From: an uncultured Collinsella sp.
Lineage (GTDB): Bacteria > Actinomycetota > Coriobacteriia > Coriobacteriales > Coriobacteriaceae
DNA: 64,000 nucleotides
Assembly (NCBI GenBank): GCA_902479135.1
Contig: CABSNU010000006.1
Location: forward strand, 11,070 to 75,069
Reading direction: 5' to 3'
Positions 1-8,972 of this stretch are shown in pieces. The translations under genes were made by a program, and so were the position numbers. The notes under the pieces were generated by a model. The model was given only the letters and a program-made list of their open reading frames with translations. It made no database searches and was not told where the DNA came from. The number at the start of each line of letters is the position of its first letter. Position 1 is the stretch's first letter.

Positions 1-1
1 C

Positions 2-700
2 GTGATCGATGCCGCCAAGCGCGATCTCGAAGCGCTGCAGTCGGGTGGCGTGGACGGCATTCTGATCACCAATGAGCTATCGATGCCCTACGAGCAGCAT
101 GTGTCGGCAGTGACCCTTGCCGCTATGGGGCATGTCATCGGAGCTCTTGCCGCAGATTTCTCGACCCCTTGGGGTGCAGAGGCTATTTATGACGGCGATG
201 CCACGATTGAGCTGTGCGCCGCCGTCGAGGCGCAGTTTACGCGCTGCAATTTCTGCGGTGCCTGGGCTGGCGACCTTGGCCTGATCAATCGTGACTTTGC
301 GCACACCATGCGCCGCCGCGCCGCCCTGCGTCTGGATGACCTAAAGATGTTCCATTTCATCACAAGCGAGGGCGAGGTGTATCTTAACGACCGATCGACT
401 CCCGATATTGCCGATTCGCTGGTATTCAACTGCCTGCCCGACGCCCTTGTTATTGGTGGGTCTGCTGCCGGGCGCGGCGCTTCGGGCGAACTTGCCGACG
501 AGGTGCGCGCCCGTGTTGGCGATGTGCCGGTGGTATGTGGAACGGGATGCCGCGAGAATACCGTTGCAGACGTGTTTTCGCATTATGATGGCGCGTTTGT
601 CGGTACCTGCCTCAAGCGAGACGGCAAGCTCGACGCCCCTGTCGAAGCCGAACGGGTCGCGCGGTTCATGGCTGCCGCCCGTGCCGCGAGAGGGGAGTGA
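2..700 (+). CDS. BtpA/SgcQ family TIM-barrel protein (probably 5'-truncated at window edge)
   Basis: GVDGILITNE..MPY, DALVIGG and DGAFVGT..K.DG motifs; stop overlaps the next gene's start. Confidence 0.85.
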   Translation: MIDAAKRDLEALQSGGVDGILITNELSMPYEQHVSAVTLAAMGHVIGALAADFSTPWGAEAIYDGDATIELCAAVEAQFTRCNFCGAWAGDLGLINRDFAHTMRRRAALRLDDLKMFHFITSEGEVYLNDRSTPDIADSLVFNCLPDALVIGGSAAGRGASGELADEVRARVGDVPVVCGTGCRENTVADVFSHYDGAFVGTCLKRDGKLDAPVEAERVARFMAAARAARGE

Positions 701-2223
701 GCGGCATGCCGTACTATCTTGGCATCGACATAGGAACGAGTGCGTCCAAGGGTGTGTTAATAGATGCGGAGTGTCAAATTGTGGCGCAGGCATCTTGTCA
801 ACATGAGACCGAGAACCCTCAGGATGGTTGGTATCAGCACGATGCAGAAGCGATTTGGTGGGGTGATTTTTGCCGGCTGTCTCGCGAGCTTATCGAGCGC
901 GCGGGCATCGAGGCGAACCAGATCCGCTGCGTAGGGTTGTCGGCTTTGGGCTGTGATTGCGTGCCGGTCGATGAAGATTGCCACGCCTTGGCTCCGGCAA
1001 TTCTCTACGGGGTTGATGCTCGCTCGAAGCCGCAGATTGACGAGCTTCTTTCCGAATATGGCCCCGATCGCGCTCGCGAGCTCTTTGGACACGATCCGTG
1101 TTCGTCGGATATCGCCCCTAAGGTCCTTTGGTTTAAGGAGAATATGCCTGAGGTCCATGAGCGGGCGGCGAAGTTTCTTACGGCTTCGTCCTATCTATGC
1201 GCCAAGCTTACTGGCAGGTTTACGATCGACCGTTATCTTGCCGAGGATTTCCTTCCCTTATACGATCGCGGGACGTGGCAGGTTAATGAGCGCGGGTGCG
1301 CGCGGTTCTGCCGTCCCGACCAGATGGCCGAAGTCATGGCGGCGACCGATATCGCCGGTGTAATCACGGATCGGGCGGCGGTTGAAACCGGTCTTGCGAG
1401 GGATACGCCGGTGCTTGTCGGAACAGGCGATTCGGGCGCCGAGGCGATTTCTACCGGAGTGTTCTGCCCCGGGGACATGATGGTGCAACTCGGGAGCACG
1501 GCCTACTTTATCTATTTGGCGGACCATATGGTCGATGACGCTCGTCTGTGGCCAGGGACATTCATCATCCCCGGAACTTACGGTATCTGCGCCGGCACCA
1601 ATACAGCAGGTGCGTTGACGGCGTGGTTGCGACGCGAGTTGTACCGCGATGCCGTGGATGCCGAACGCTCCGGCGGCCCCGATGCCTATGAGGTCATGGC
1701 GCACGATGCCGGACAGGTAGGTCCTGGAGCGGATGGCCTGCTGTGTCTTCCATACTTTGCGGGCGAGCGCACCCCGCTCAACGATCCCGAGGCGCGTGGC
1801 GTGTTCTTCGGACTGACCGAAAGGCATACCCGGGGTCATATGGTTCGCGCGGCTTTGGAGGGGGTCGCCTATACGGTCGCAGCGCATGTTGATATTATCG
1901 AGCGAGATCATGGATTGCCTATCGAGCACATCATGCTCGTGGGTGGCGGAACTAAGAATCCGGTATGGATGCAGACGATTGCCGATGTCTGCGGGCGCGC
2001 AGTTTCGGTTGCGAAGGTCACGGTGGGCGCATGTTTTGGCGATGCCCTTATGGCGGCACTTGCTGGCGGCGCCTATTCATCATGGGGTGAGCTCGCCCGG
2101 GTTCTTGGGGTCGCGCAAACGATCGAGCCCGATATGGACGCTCATGAGCTGTACACATCGCGCCGCCATATCTTTGATGAGCTATATGCGCGAAATTGCG
2201 ACCTTATGCACGAGTTAGTGTAG
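697..2223 (+). CDS. FGGY-family carbohydrate kinase (xylulokinase-like)
   Basis: LGIDIGTS..K, GTGDS, LPYFAGERTP, GGGTKNPVWMQ. Confidence 0.9.
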   Translation: MSGMPYYLGIDIGTSASKGVLIDAECQIVAQASCQHETENPQDGWYQHDAEAIWWGDFCRLSRELIERAGIEANQIRCVGLSALGCDCVPVDEDCHALAPAILYGVDARSKPQIDELLSEYGPDRARELFGHDPCSSDIAPKVLWFKENMPEVHERAAKFLTASSYLCAKLTGRFTIDRYLAEDFLPLYDRGTWQVNERGCARFCRPDQMAEVMAATDIAGVITDRAAVETGLARDTPVLVGTGDSGAEAISTGVFCPGDMMVQLGSTAYFIYLADHMVDDARLWPGTFIIPGTYGICAGTNTAGALTAWLRRELYRDAVDAERSGGPDAYEVMAHDAGQVGPGADGLLCLPYFAGERTPLNDPEARGVFFGLTERHTRGHMVRAALEGVAYTVAAHVDIIERDHGLPIEHIMLVGGGTKNPVWMQTIADVCGRAVSVAKVTVGACFGDALMAALAGGAYSSWGELARVLGVAQTIEPDMDAHELYTSRRHIFDELYARNCDLMHELV

Positions 2224-2289
2224 CGCCGCCGAATTGCCCCACGCTCTTATGGGGGCTGCGTTGCGCGATTCGCATGCCCCTTGAGGGTC

Positions 2290-2519
2290 GTGGGCAAAAA
2301 ATGCCAAATATGAGTACTGTCACAAATTTGGTAGCAGCAAAATTTGGCTCTTGAGGTCCTAGTTGAGTGTCTGTGGACAACTTAAAGCCGTCTAATATGT
2401 CCCTGGGTATGCTAAAACGACCTGATAATGAACAGTTGTACATTATCAGGTCGTTGTTTTGGTGCAAAATAATGTGACCAGTTTTACAACAGTACTCATA
2501 TTTGGCATTTTTTGCCCAC
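2290..2519. mobile_element. 230-bp MITE-like non-coding element with 31-bp perfect terminal inverted repeats
   Basis: GTGGGCAAAAAATGCCAAATATGAGTACTGT (2290-2320) is the exact reverse complement of 2489-2519; internal 15-bp IR at 2416-2455; AT-rich; no clear target-site duplication. Confidence 0.65.
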
Positions 2520-2524
2520 CGAGG

Positions 2525-3307
2525 TCAGCGGAAGTCGAAAATGGAGCGGGAATTTCCCAGAACGACCGACTTGACGCTCTCCTCGGGGCAGTTTTTAAGC
2601 GCAGCAATGACCTCGGATACTCTTATGAGTGAATCGACGAGCTGTCGCGCGGATGTTTCCGCGTCTGGTTCGGCCGGCGCGTCGGTTTCGAGTAGCAAGC
2701 GATCAAGTGGAATCTGTCGCGCGTATTCGCGCCCACGTTTGGTCGCAAGCATGCGTTCATTCATGGAAAAGTAGCAGCCCGCAATGCGTGCGCGGACAAA
2801 CTCATCTGAGGTGCCGCTAAACCAGTGGAAGATAATGGTGGGGGAGTTGGGGGCATCCTTTAGAAGGTCGTTCGACTCCAAAGTGTCCAAAGTTGCTCCC
2901 GCCGCGCGAACGGCGTGAATGGATAGAACGCGTCCAGGTAGCGGGGACTGCGATAACGTTCGGCATAGCCGTTCAAATGCCTGCGTCTGGTTTCCCTCGG
3001 TGCCTGCAAAGCGTGGCGAGAAATCGAGTCCGACCTCGCCGATAAAGCGCTCTCGGCTAGCGAACTCGCAAAGCAAGTCGACCTCGGCGGTTCCGCATCG
3101 GCCGTCGGCAGTCCACCAGGGATGGAGGCCCACCCCTGCAATAACGTTGGGGTCACTGCCAGCGCGCTTCTTTGCCGTTTCGAAATCGCGCGGATCGACG
3201 CCGCAATCAAAGAGCTCCAGTCCCATCGCTGCGGCTTCGTGGGCAACGGTGTTCGGGCTGGCCATCAGGTCGAGGTGACAGTGAGCATCAAAGGACTGCA
3301 GCTCCAT
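2525..3307 (-). CDS. TatD family hydrolase
   Basis: DAHCHL, GLHPW, IGEVGLD, SIHAV, FHWFSG, LLETDAP. Confidence 0.9.
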   Translation of the reverse strand: MELQSFDAHCHLDLMASPNTVAHEAAAMGLELFDCGVDPRDFETAKKRAGSDPNVIAGVGLHPWWTADGRCGTAEVDLLCEFASRERFIGEVGLDFSPRFAGTEGNQTQAFERLCRTLSQSPLPGRVLSIHAVRAAGATLDTLESNDLLKDAPNSPTIIFHWFSGTSDEFVRARIAGCYFSMNERMLATKRGREYARQIPLDRLLLETDAPAEPDAETSARQLVDSLIRVSEVIAALKNCPEESVKSVVLGNSRSIFDFR

Positions 3308-3321
3308 CGCGGTGTGCCTTG

Positions 3322-4119
3322 CTAGTCCAGGCGCTGGCCGTCGGCGCGCACGCGCTCGGTACCGCGTCCACTGATCTGGCGAATGACCTCGCCGGCAATC
3401 ATCTGGCCCATGATGGGCGGCATAAAGCTGGCGGTTCCAAGTTCAGTGCGCTCATGGATGTTGGAGGGGTCACGGCGCTGGGTTTTAACCGATTCCTCGC
3501 AGCTAAACAGTACGTGTAGGCTCTTGATGCCGCGTTTCTTGCACTCTTTGCGCATGATGCGGCTCATGGGGTCGCGGACGGTATCGAAGATATCGGCAAA
3601 ACGAAGACACTCAGGGTGTAGCTTGTTCCCGCCGCCCATGGAGCTCACCAGGCGAATGCCGTGGTCCTGAGCATATTTGGCAACGGTGAGTTTGGCCGAG
3701 ATCGTATCGATGGCGTCGACGACGTAGTCGAGCTTGCCGCCCGTCTGCTCAAAAACGCTCGTAAAGAACTCGTCGATATTGTCGCTCAGCAGATATTCAG
3801 TTCGCTTGATGACGGTGGTGGCGGGATTGATATCGTGGATCATGGCTTCCATAACATCGACCTTGCGCTTGCCGACGGTGCTGTGAAAGGCGATGGACTG
3901 GCGATTGATATTGCTGGGCGCGATGATGTCCTTGTCCAGAATCACAAAATGCCCGATGCCGCCGCGGGCAAGTGCCTCGCAGCAGTTAGAGCCCACGCCT
4001 CCGCAGCCGAGTATCAGCACCGTGGCGTTGGCGAGCTTGTCGAGTGCCTCGCGGCCCATGATGATCTCGAGCTTGGTGTCGCGTGTCTCGATGGGAGTTG
4101 CGGCTGCGGTTTCGGTCAT
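3322..4119 (-). CDS. tcdA: tRNA threonylcarbamoyladenosine dehydratase (ThiF/MoeB family)
   Basis: GCGGVGS, SNINRQ, DYVVDAID, SSMGGGNK; start chosen 6 nt after a GGAGG RBS. Confidence 0.8.
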   Translation of the reverse strand: MTETAAATPIETRDTKLEIIMGREALDKLANATVLILGCGGVGSNCCEALARGGIGHFVILDKDIIAPSNINRQSIAFHSTVGKRKVDVMEAMIHDINPATTVIKRTEYLLSDNIDEFFTSVFEQTGGKLDYVVDAIDTISAKLTVAKYAQDHGIRLVSSMGGGNKLHPECLRFADIFDTVRDPMSRIMRKECKKRGIKSLHVLFSCEESVKTQRRDPSNIHERTELGTASFMPPIMGQMIAGEVIRQISGRGTERVRADGQRLD

Positions 4120-4230
4120 AAACATCCTCCGATGGGGAAGCGGGTCGTGTTTTAGCTATCGCCATTATAGGTAATCGCCCATAGGTTGCGATGGCGCTTA
4201 CTTTGATGTGGTTTGAAGCATTTCGATTAG

Positions 4231-4254
4231 ATAGTTAGACAAACATCTAAATAT
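4231..4254 (+). promoter_or_regulatory. Imperfect palindrome, probable SdpR/ArsR operator
   Basis: ATAGTTAGACAAACATCTAAATAT (ATA.TTAGA...TCTAA.TAT) just upstream of the ArsR gene. Confidence 0.5.
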
Positions 4255-4298
4255 CGAGTATAGTGTGCGCGTCATGAGAGATGATGAGAGGAGGTCTT

Positions 4299-4577
4299 AT
4301 GCCGGGAGAGGGTTTTAAGGCGCTTGCCGATCCAACGCGACGGCGCATTTTGGAGTTGCTGCGCGAGGGCAATTGCACGGCGGGGGAGCTTGCCGAGCAT
4401 TTCGATATCAGTAAGCCGTCGCTAAGCCATCACTTGGCGACGCTCAAAAACGCCGGGTTGGTGACCGACGAGCGCCATGGCCAAAACATCGTATACAGCT
4501 TAAACACCACCGTCATGCAGGATTTAATTGGCTGGTTTATGGCCTTTACAAACACTGAAGGTGATAAGGATGAATAA
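4299..4577 (+). CDS. ArsR/SmtB family autorepressor, SdpR-like
   Basis: FKALADPTRRRILELL, SKPSLSHHL, YSLNTTV; paired with an SdpI gene. Confidence 0.85.
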   Translation: MPGEGFKALADPTRRRILELLREGNCTAGELAEHFDISKPSLSHHLATLKNAGLVTDERHGQNIVYSLNTTVMQDLIGWFMAFTNTEGDKDE

Positions 4578-5274
4578 CGAAAACAAGGGCATTCACCCCA
4601 CGGGGGTATCGTCGCGCGTGTGGATTGCGCTGGTCGCTCTGTGCGTCGCCAATGTCGTAGCGCACCTCATGGTGATGCCGAGCTTGCCTGCGCAGATTCC
4701 CACGCACTGGGGCGCGAACGGCGCCGTCGACGGTTGGGGTCCTAGCTGGATGGCCTCCGCGCTCGGCGTGCTGCCTCTGGCGCTTCTCGCAATGTTCTGC
4801 GTGGTGCCGCGCATCGACCCCAAAGGTGAGGCATATCGAACCTCGGGCAAGTTCTACCAGGGCTTCGTAATCGCCTTCACCTTGTTCATGTGCGCCATAA
4901 GCTGGCTGGGAGAGCTTACGGTCTGGGGCGTGGTGCCGGCGGTCGGTTCGGTTAACGTGCTGATTTCCGGTGTTGTCGGTTTGCTGTTCATCGGCGTAGG
5001 CAACTACTTGCCGCGTGTGAAGCAGAACTATACGCTCGGTATCAAGACGCCCTGGGCACTTGCCGATCCCGAGAACTGGCGCCGTACGCAGCGCTTTGGC
5101 GGTGCCTGCTTTATGGTGCTGGGTGTTGGCCTGATTGTGATGGGCGTGGCGGGTGCGGTGCTTTCGAGTGAAGTAGTCGCCGCGGTGATTGCGGTTCTGG
5201 CGTTTGGTTCGGTCGGAGCCGTCTACGTCTACTCGTATCTGCTGTGGCGCAAATCGCAGCGAGCCGCTCGTTAA
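4570..5274 (+). CDS. SdpI family membrane immunity protein (DUF1648 + SdpI)
   Basis: LPAQIPTHWG..G.VDGWG, PRIDPK, GNYLPRVKQNYTLGIKTPWAL..ENWRRTQRFGG. Confidence 0.85.
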   Translation: MNNENKGIHPTGVSSRVWIALVALCVANVVAHLMVMPSLPAQIPTHWGANGAVDGWGPSWMASALGVLPLALLAMFCVVPRIDPKGEAYRTSGKFYQGFVIAFTLFMCAISWLGELTVWGVVPAVGSVNVLISGVVGLLFIGVGNYLPRVKQNYTLGIKTPWALADPENWRRTQRFGGACFMVLGVGLIVMGVAGAVLSSEVVAAVIAVLAFGSVGAVYVYSYLLWRKSQRAAR

Positions 5275-5458
5275 GGTTGCGGAAAACTAGCGTACGCAGG
5301 TCAAAATATGCTCCAGGTGACTTTTCCCAGGTAGTATTAGGGGGTGTGGGCAACCATGCCCCTTTTTCGTTTAGTTTCAGAGTTGGTTTTCTCATTTCGT
5401 TTCCACTAAAGCGAATCAAGAACAGGGAAACAGCAGGTAGAAAGGATAAAACAGGCAT

Positions 5459-7138
5459 ATGGCGGAGTTTATCTACCAGATGTATCAGGCTCGCAAGGCC
5501 CATGGCGACAAGGTAATCCTTGACGACGTGACCTTGAGCTTCTATCCCGGTGCCAAGATCGGCGTCGTGGGCCCCAACGGTATGGGCAAGTCGACCCTGC
5601 TCAAGATCATGGCCGGTATCGAGGAGGTCTCCAACGGCGATGCCAGGCTCACTCCCGGCTACACCGTGGGCATCCTGCAGCAGGAGCCGCCGCTCGACGA
5701 CGACAAGACCGTCATCGAGAACGTGCGCATGGCGTTTGGCGATATGATCGCCAAAGTCGATCGCTTCAACAAAATCGGCGAGGAGATGTGCGACCCGGAT
5801 TGCGACATGGACGCCCTCATGGCCGAGATGGGCAAGCTCCAGGACGAGATTGACGCCGCCGACGGCTGGGATATCGATTCCAAGCTCGGCCAGGCCATGG
5901 ACGCCCTGCAGCTGCCCGATTCTGACATGCCGGTTAACGTGCTCTCTGGCGGCGAGCGCCGCCGCGTGGCCCTGTGCAAGTTGCTGCTCGAGGCTCCCGA
6001 CCTGCTGCTGCTCGACGAGCCCACGAACCACCTGGACGCCGAGTCGATCCTGTGGCTCGAGCACTTCCTGCACAACTATCAGGGCGCGGTGCTTGCCGTC
6101 ACGCACGATCGCTACTTCTTGGATAACGTTGCCGAGTGGATCTGCGAGGTCGACCGCGGTCACCTTTATCCCTACAAGGGCAACTACTCCACGTATCTGG
6201 AGACCAAGGCCGCCCGTATCGAGGCTCAGGGTAACCGCGATGCCAAGCTCGCCAAGCGCATGGAGGCCGAGCTCGAGTGGGTACGCAGCTCGCCCAAGGC
6301 TCGCCAGGCAAAGAACAAGGCCCGTCTGGCTCGCTACGAGGAGATGGAGGCCGAGGCCCGCGCAAGCCAGAAGCTCGACTGGACCGACATCCGCATCCCC
6401 GTGGGACCGCGTCTGGGCAACAAGGTGCTCGAGGCCCATCACCTGCACAAGGAGTTCGATGGCCGCGTGCTCATCGACGACCTTTCGTTCACCCTGCCGC
6501 GTAACGGCATCGTGGGCGTCATCGGCCCCAACGGCGTCGGTAAGACCACGCTGTTCAAGACGATTGTGGGTCTGGAGCCGCTGACTTCGGGCGAGCTCGA
6601 GGTGGGCGAGACCGTCAAGATTTCTTACGTCGACCAGAACCGTTCCGGTATCGACCCCGATAAGAACCTATGGGAGGTCGTCTCGGATGGCCTGGACCAC
6701 ATGATGGTCGGCGAGACCGAGGTCCCCAGCCGCGCGTACGTGGCGAGCTTTGGCTTTAAGGGCCAGGACCAGCAGAAGCGCGCTGGCGTACTCTCCGGTG
6801 GCGAGCGCAACCGTCTGAACCTGGCGCTCACGCTCAAGCAAGGCGGCAACCTGCTGCTCCTCGACGAGCCCACGAACGACCTCGACGTCGAGACACTGTC
6901 CTCGCTCGAGGCGGCGCTGCTCGAGTTCCCGGGCTGCTCGGTGGTCATTAGCCACGATCGTATGTTCCTGGACCGCGTCGCCACGCACATCCTGGCGTGG
7001 GAGGGCACCGACGAGAATCCGGGCAACTGGTATTGGTTCGAGGGCAACTTTGAGGCCTATCAGGCCAACCGTATCGAGCGCCTGGGTGAGGACGCAGCCC
7101 AGCCGCATCGTATCCACCGTAAGCTGACGCGCGACTAG
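5459..7138 (+). CDS. ettA: Energy-dependent translational throttle protein EttA (ABC-F)
   Basis: MAEFIYQM N-terminus, two ABC domains, ELEWVRSSPKARQAKNKARL linker. Confidence 0.95.
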   Translation: MAEFIYQMYQARKAHGDKVILDDVTLSFYPGAKIGVVGPNGMGKSTLLKIMAGIEEVSNGDARLTPGYTVGILQQEPPLDDDKTVIENVRMAFGDMIAKVDRFNKIGEEMCDPDCDMDALMAEMGKLQDEIDAADGWDIDSKLGQAMDALQLPDSDMPVNVLSGGERRRVALCKLLLEAPDLLLLDEPTNHLDAESILWLEHFLHNYQGAVLAVTHDRYFLDNVAEWICEVDRGHLYPYKGNYSTYLETKAARIEAQGNRDAKLAKRMEAELEWVRSSPKARQAKNKARLARYEEMEAEARASQKLDWTDIRIPVGPRLGNKVLEAHHLHKEFDGRVLIDDLSFTLPRNGIVGVIGPNGVGKTTLFKTIVGLEPLTSGELEVGETVKISYVDQNRSGIDPDKNLWEVVSDGLDHMMVGETEVPSRAYVASFGFKGQDQQKRAGVLSGGERNRLNLALTLKQGGNLLLLDEPTNDLDVETLSSLEAALLEFPGCSVVISHDRMFLDRVATHILAWEGTDENPGNWYWFEGNFEAYQANRIERLGEDAAQPHRIHRKLTRD

Positions 7139-7146
7139 TAGCAAGT

Positions 7147-7178
7147 AGAAAGGCCGCCAGCAAGGGCGGCCTTTCTTG
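7147..7178 (+). terminator. Intrinsic terminator after ettA
   Basis: AGAAAGGCCGCC-agcaag-GGCGGCCTTTCTT. Confidence 0.8.
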
Positions 7179-7418
7179 TAGCAATTGCACTGCAGCTATG
7201 CCCTGGCTGCTGGTTTGATTCATAATCAAAGTCATCTCTTTGGGATTAAAGCCCGTTTTTGCTATGAGTGATTTTCTAATTCCGTTTAAAACGTAAAGAT
7301 GTATTGGGTTACAAGGACATAAGCGAATCGAATTGAAATATAACCAGTGCTGTAACGTTACAAAAAAGGTTATAGAATAGGAGTATCTTATAAGTCGCTC
7401 CTCTAGAAAGAAGAACAT

Positions 7419-8546
7419 ATGCTTTCGCGTCGTCGTTTTCTGCAACTTGTCGCGTCTTCAATTGTCGCCTTAGCCGCACGTCCGAAAGAGGTTTTTGCTT
7501 CGACGGGCAATATTGATGGTGAGCAGATACAATTTACTTCTGAAATTGCGCAAGAGCTTGCCGATAAATATATAAAGGGACTCCTCGGCTCTTCGTATAC
7601 GCCTTCTGACCCTATTCCTTTTGTAGACGTTGATGGGTCCCCGCTTGGTTACATTGTTCCGGTTGTGACATCCAATAGAGCCGCGGGCTATTTGGTTTTA
7701 GATGCTTCAGATGATGAAATACTTACGGGATATCGTTTTGGAGACGGCTTAGTCAGCCCTATGGATCGGGGAGGAGATCTTGGTGTCGAGCCTTATTCTT
7801 TCAATAACCCAGTCGTAATGATCAATCCATTCGAATTCGGCGTGCAATCTTTGGACGGTTCAATAACAACAAATTGCGGAAGAACAATCCCGGCTGTTTC
7901 CATAGAAGGACGGCCTGTCGTTTTATCGAATAAACCTTCAAGCTGGAACGATGTTGTAATTTACGCAACTCAAATGCAGGATTACACAGTATCTGGATTT
8001 CGTTCCATTTCTCAGTTTATGTCATATGATGAAAGCGAGATTAAGAGGCTTACCGCCCACTATGCTTGTATGGTGACGGCTTTTTCGAACGTTGCGGAAC
8101 TGTATGGCATTGCCAATTTATATAGCGACCCTTCGCAATATATGCAGATATGGAATTACACCAATACCCATGCTCTTTCCGATGAAGAACAGACTGTTCC
8201 CGGTGTTGTTTTGGGCGGAACGCCGATTTCAACCTGTGCAACGGGGTTTACAAATTACTGCGCAAGCAGAGGGAGTAATCTTATCGCTCGCACTGTCTCC
8301 TCCCCGGCTATCGTGAACATTCAAAATGAGATTAACTCTAATAGACCGAATGTTTTACATGCGAGTTTGTACAACGGATCAGCCCATTCTGTAACAGCGG
8401 AGGCTTACGCCACACTTACTGGTAAGAAAACTGGAGAGACAAGGCAGATGATTGGCATAGCGGACGGCTGGAATTCATCCTTATCCTTCCTGAAGTATGA
8501 TCAGAGTTATTATGCGTGGACTTATGGAACGACTTTTTCGAAGTAG
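7419..8546 (+). CDS. Tat-signal secreted protein, probable papain-like cysteine peptidase (C10/C39-like) with N-terminal prodomain
   Basis: SRRRFL twin-arginine motif; candidate catalytic Cys (HYACMVTA), His (AHSVTAEAY) and IADGWN; AT-rich codon usage. Confidence 0.55.
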   Translation: MLSRRRFLQLVASSIVALAARPKEVFASTGNIDGEQIQFTSEIAQELADKYIKGLLGSSYTPSDPIPFVDVDGSPLGYIVPVVTSNRAAGYLVLDASDDEILTGYRFGDGLVSPMDRGGDLGVEPYSFNNPVVMINPFEFGVQSLDGSITTNCGRTIPAVSIEGRPVVLSNKPSSWNDVVIYATQMQDYTVSGFRSISQFMSYDESEIKRLTAHYACMVTAFSNVAELYGIANLYSDPSQYMQIWNYTNTHALSDEEQTVPGVVLGGTPISTCATGFTNYCASRGSNLIARTVSSPAIVNIQNEINSNRPNVLHASLYNGSAHSVTAEAYATLTGKKTGETRQMIGIADGWNSSLSFLKYDQSYYAWTYGTTFSK

Positions 8547-8916
8547 GACGATTCGTTTAGTCCTGTCTTTGGTGTTGATGGCTTTATTGGTGAGCTGTTC
8601 AACAAAAGAAGAGATGCCGCGCGGAGATTCCGGAGAAATGTCTGTGACAAACTCAGATTCATTGGAAATAGCTGGTGGGCATGCCGATGTGATGTTGCAA
8701 GGTAAAGGCATGCTTAGGTCGATTGATGCTGAAGACGCTGTCTGCTCAATAGAGGAATTAAAGACAGGTGAAACTGCATCGTACCGTGTTTCAGATAATG
8801 CTGCGAATATGATTGAGTCGATACCGATTGGAGCACAAGTTTCTTTTAGGTATTTTGCTCCGCAACTTGAGGAGGAGCTTGCTTCTCTGGTGTCTATATG
8901 CGCCGATGGCAACTAA
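8524..8916 (+). CDS. Small lipoprotein of unknown function
   Basis: Basic N-terminus, hydrophobic stretch and lipobox LLVSC; overlaps the end of the upstream gene. Confidence 0.6.
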   Translation: MERLFRSRTIRLVLSLVLMALLVSCSTKEEMPRGDSGEMSVTNSDSLEIAGGHADVMLQGKGMLRSIDAEDAVCSIEELKTGETASYRVSDNAANMIESIPIGAQVSFRYFAPQLEEELASLVSICADGN

Positions 8917-8928
8917 AAGGCCTGAATT

Positions 8929-8972
8929 CAAACGGCCTCGGATGGTCAATTGGCTATCCGAGGCCGTTTTTT
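8929..8972. terminator. Bidirectional terminator
   Basis: AAACGGCCTCGGAT...ATCCGAGGCCGTTTTT between convergent genes. Confidence 0.7.

Noticed and set aside
5275..5458. AT-richer spacer before ettA as a mobile element or riboswitch
   Set aside because: No convincing terminal repeats or aptamer landmarks.
5111..6448. Long antisense ORFs, also 16099-17736, 17953-19218, 19055-20479, 52993-54243, 55913-57160 and 57299-58570
   Set aside because: Shadow frames opposite well-supported high-GC genes, with no recognisable motifs.
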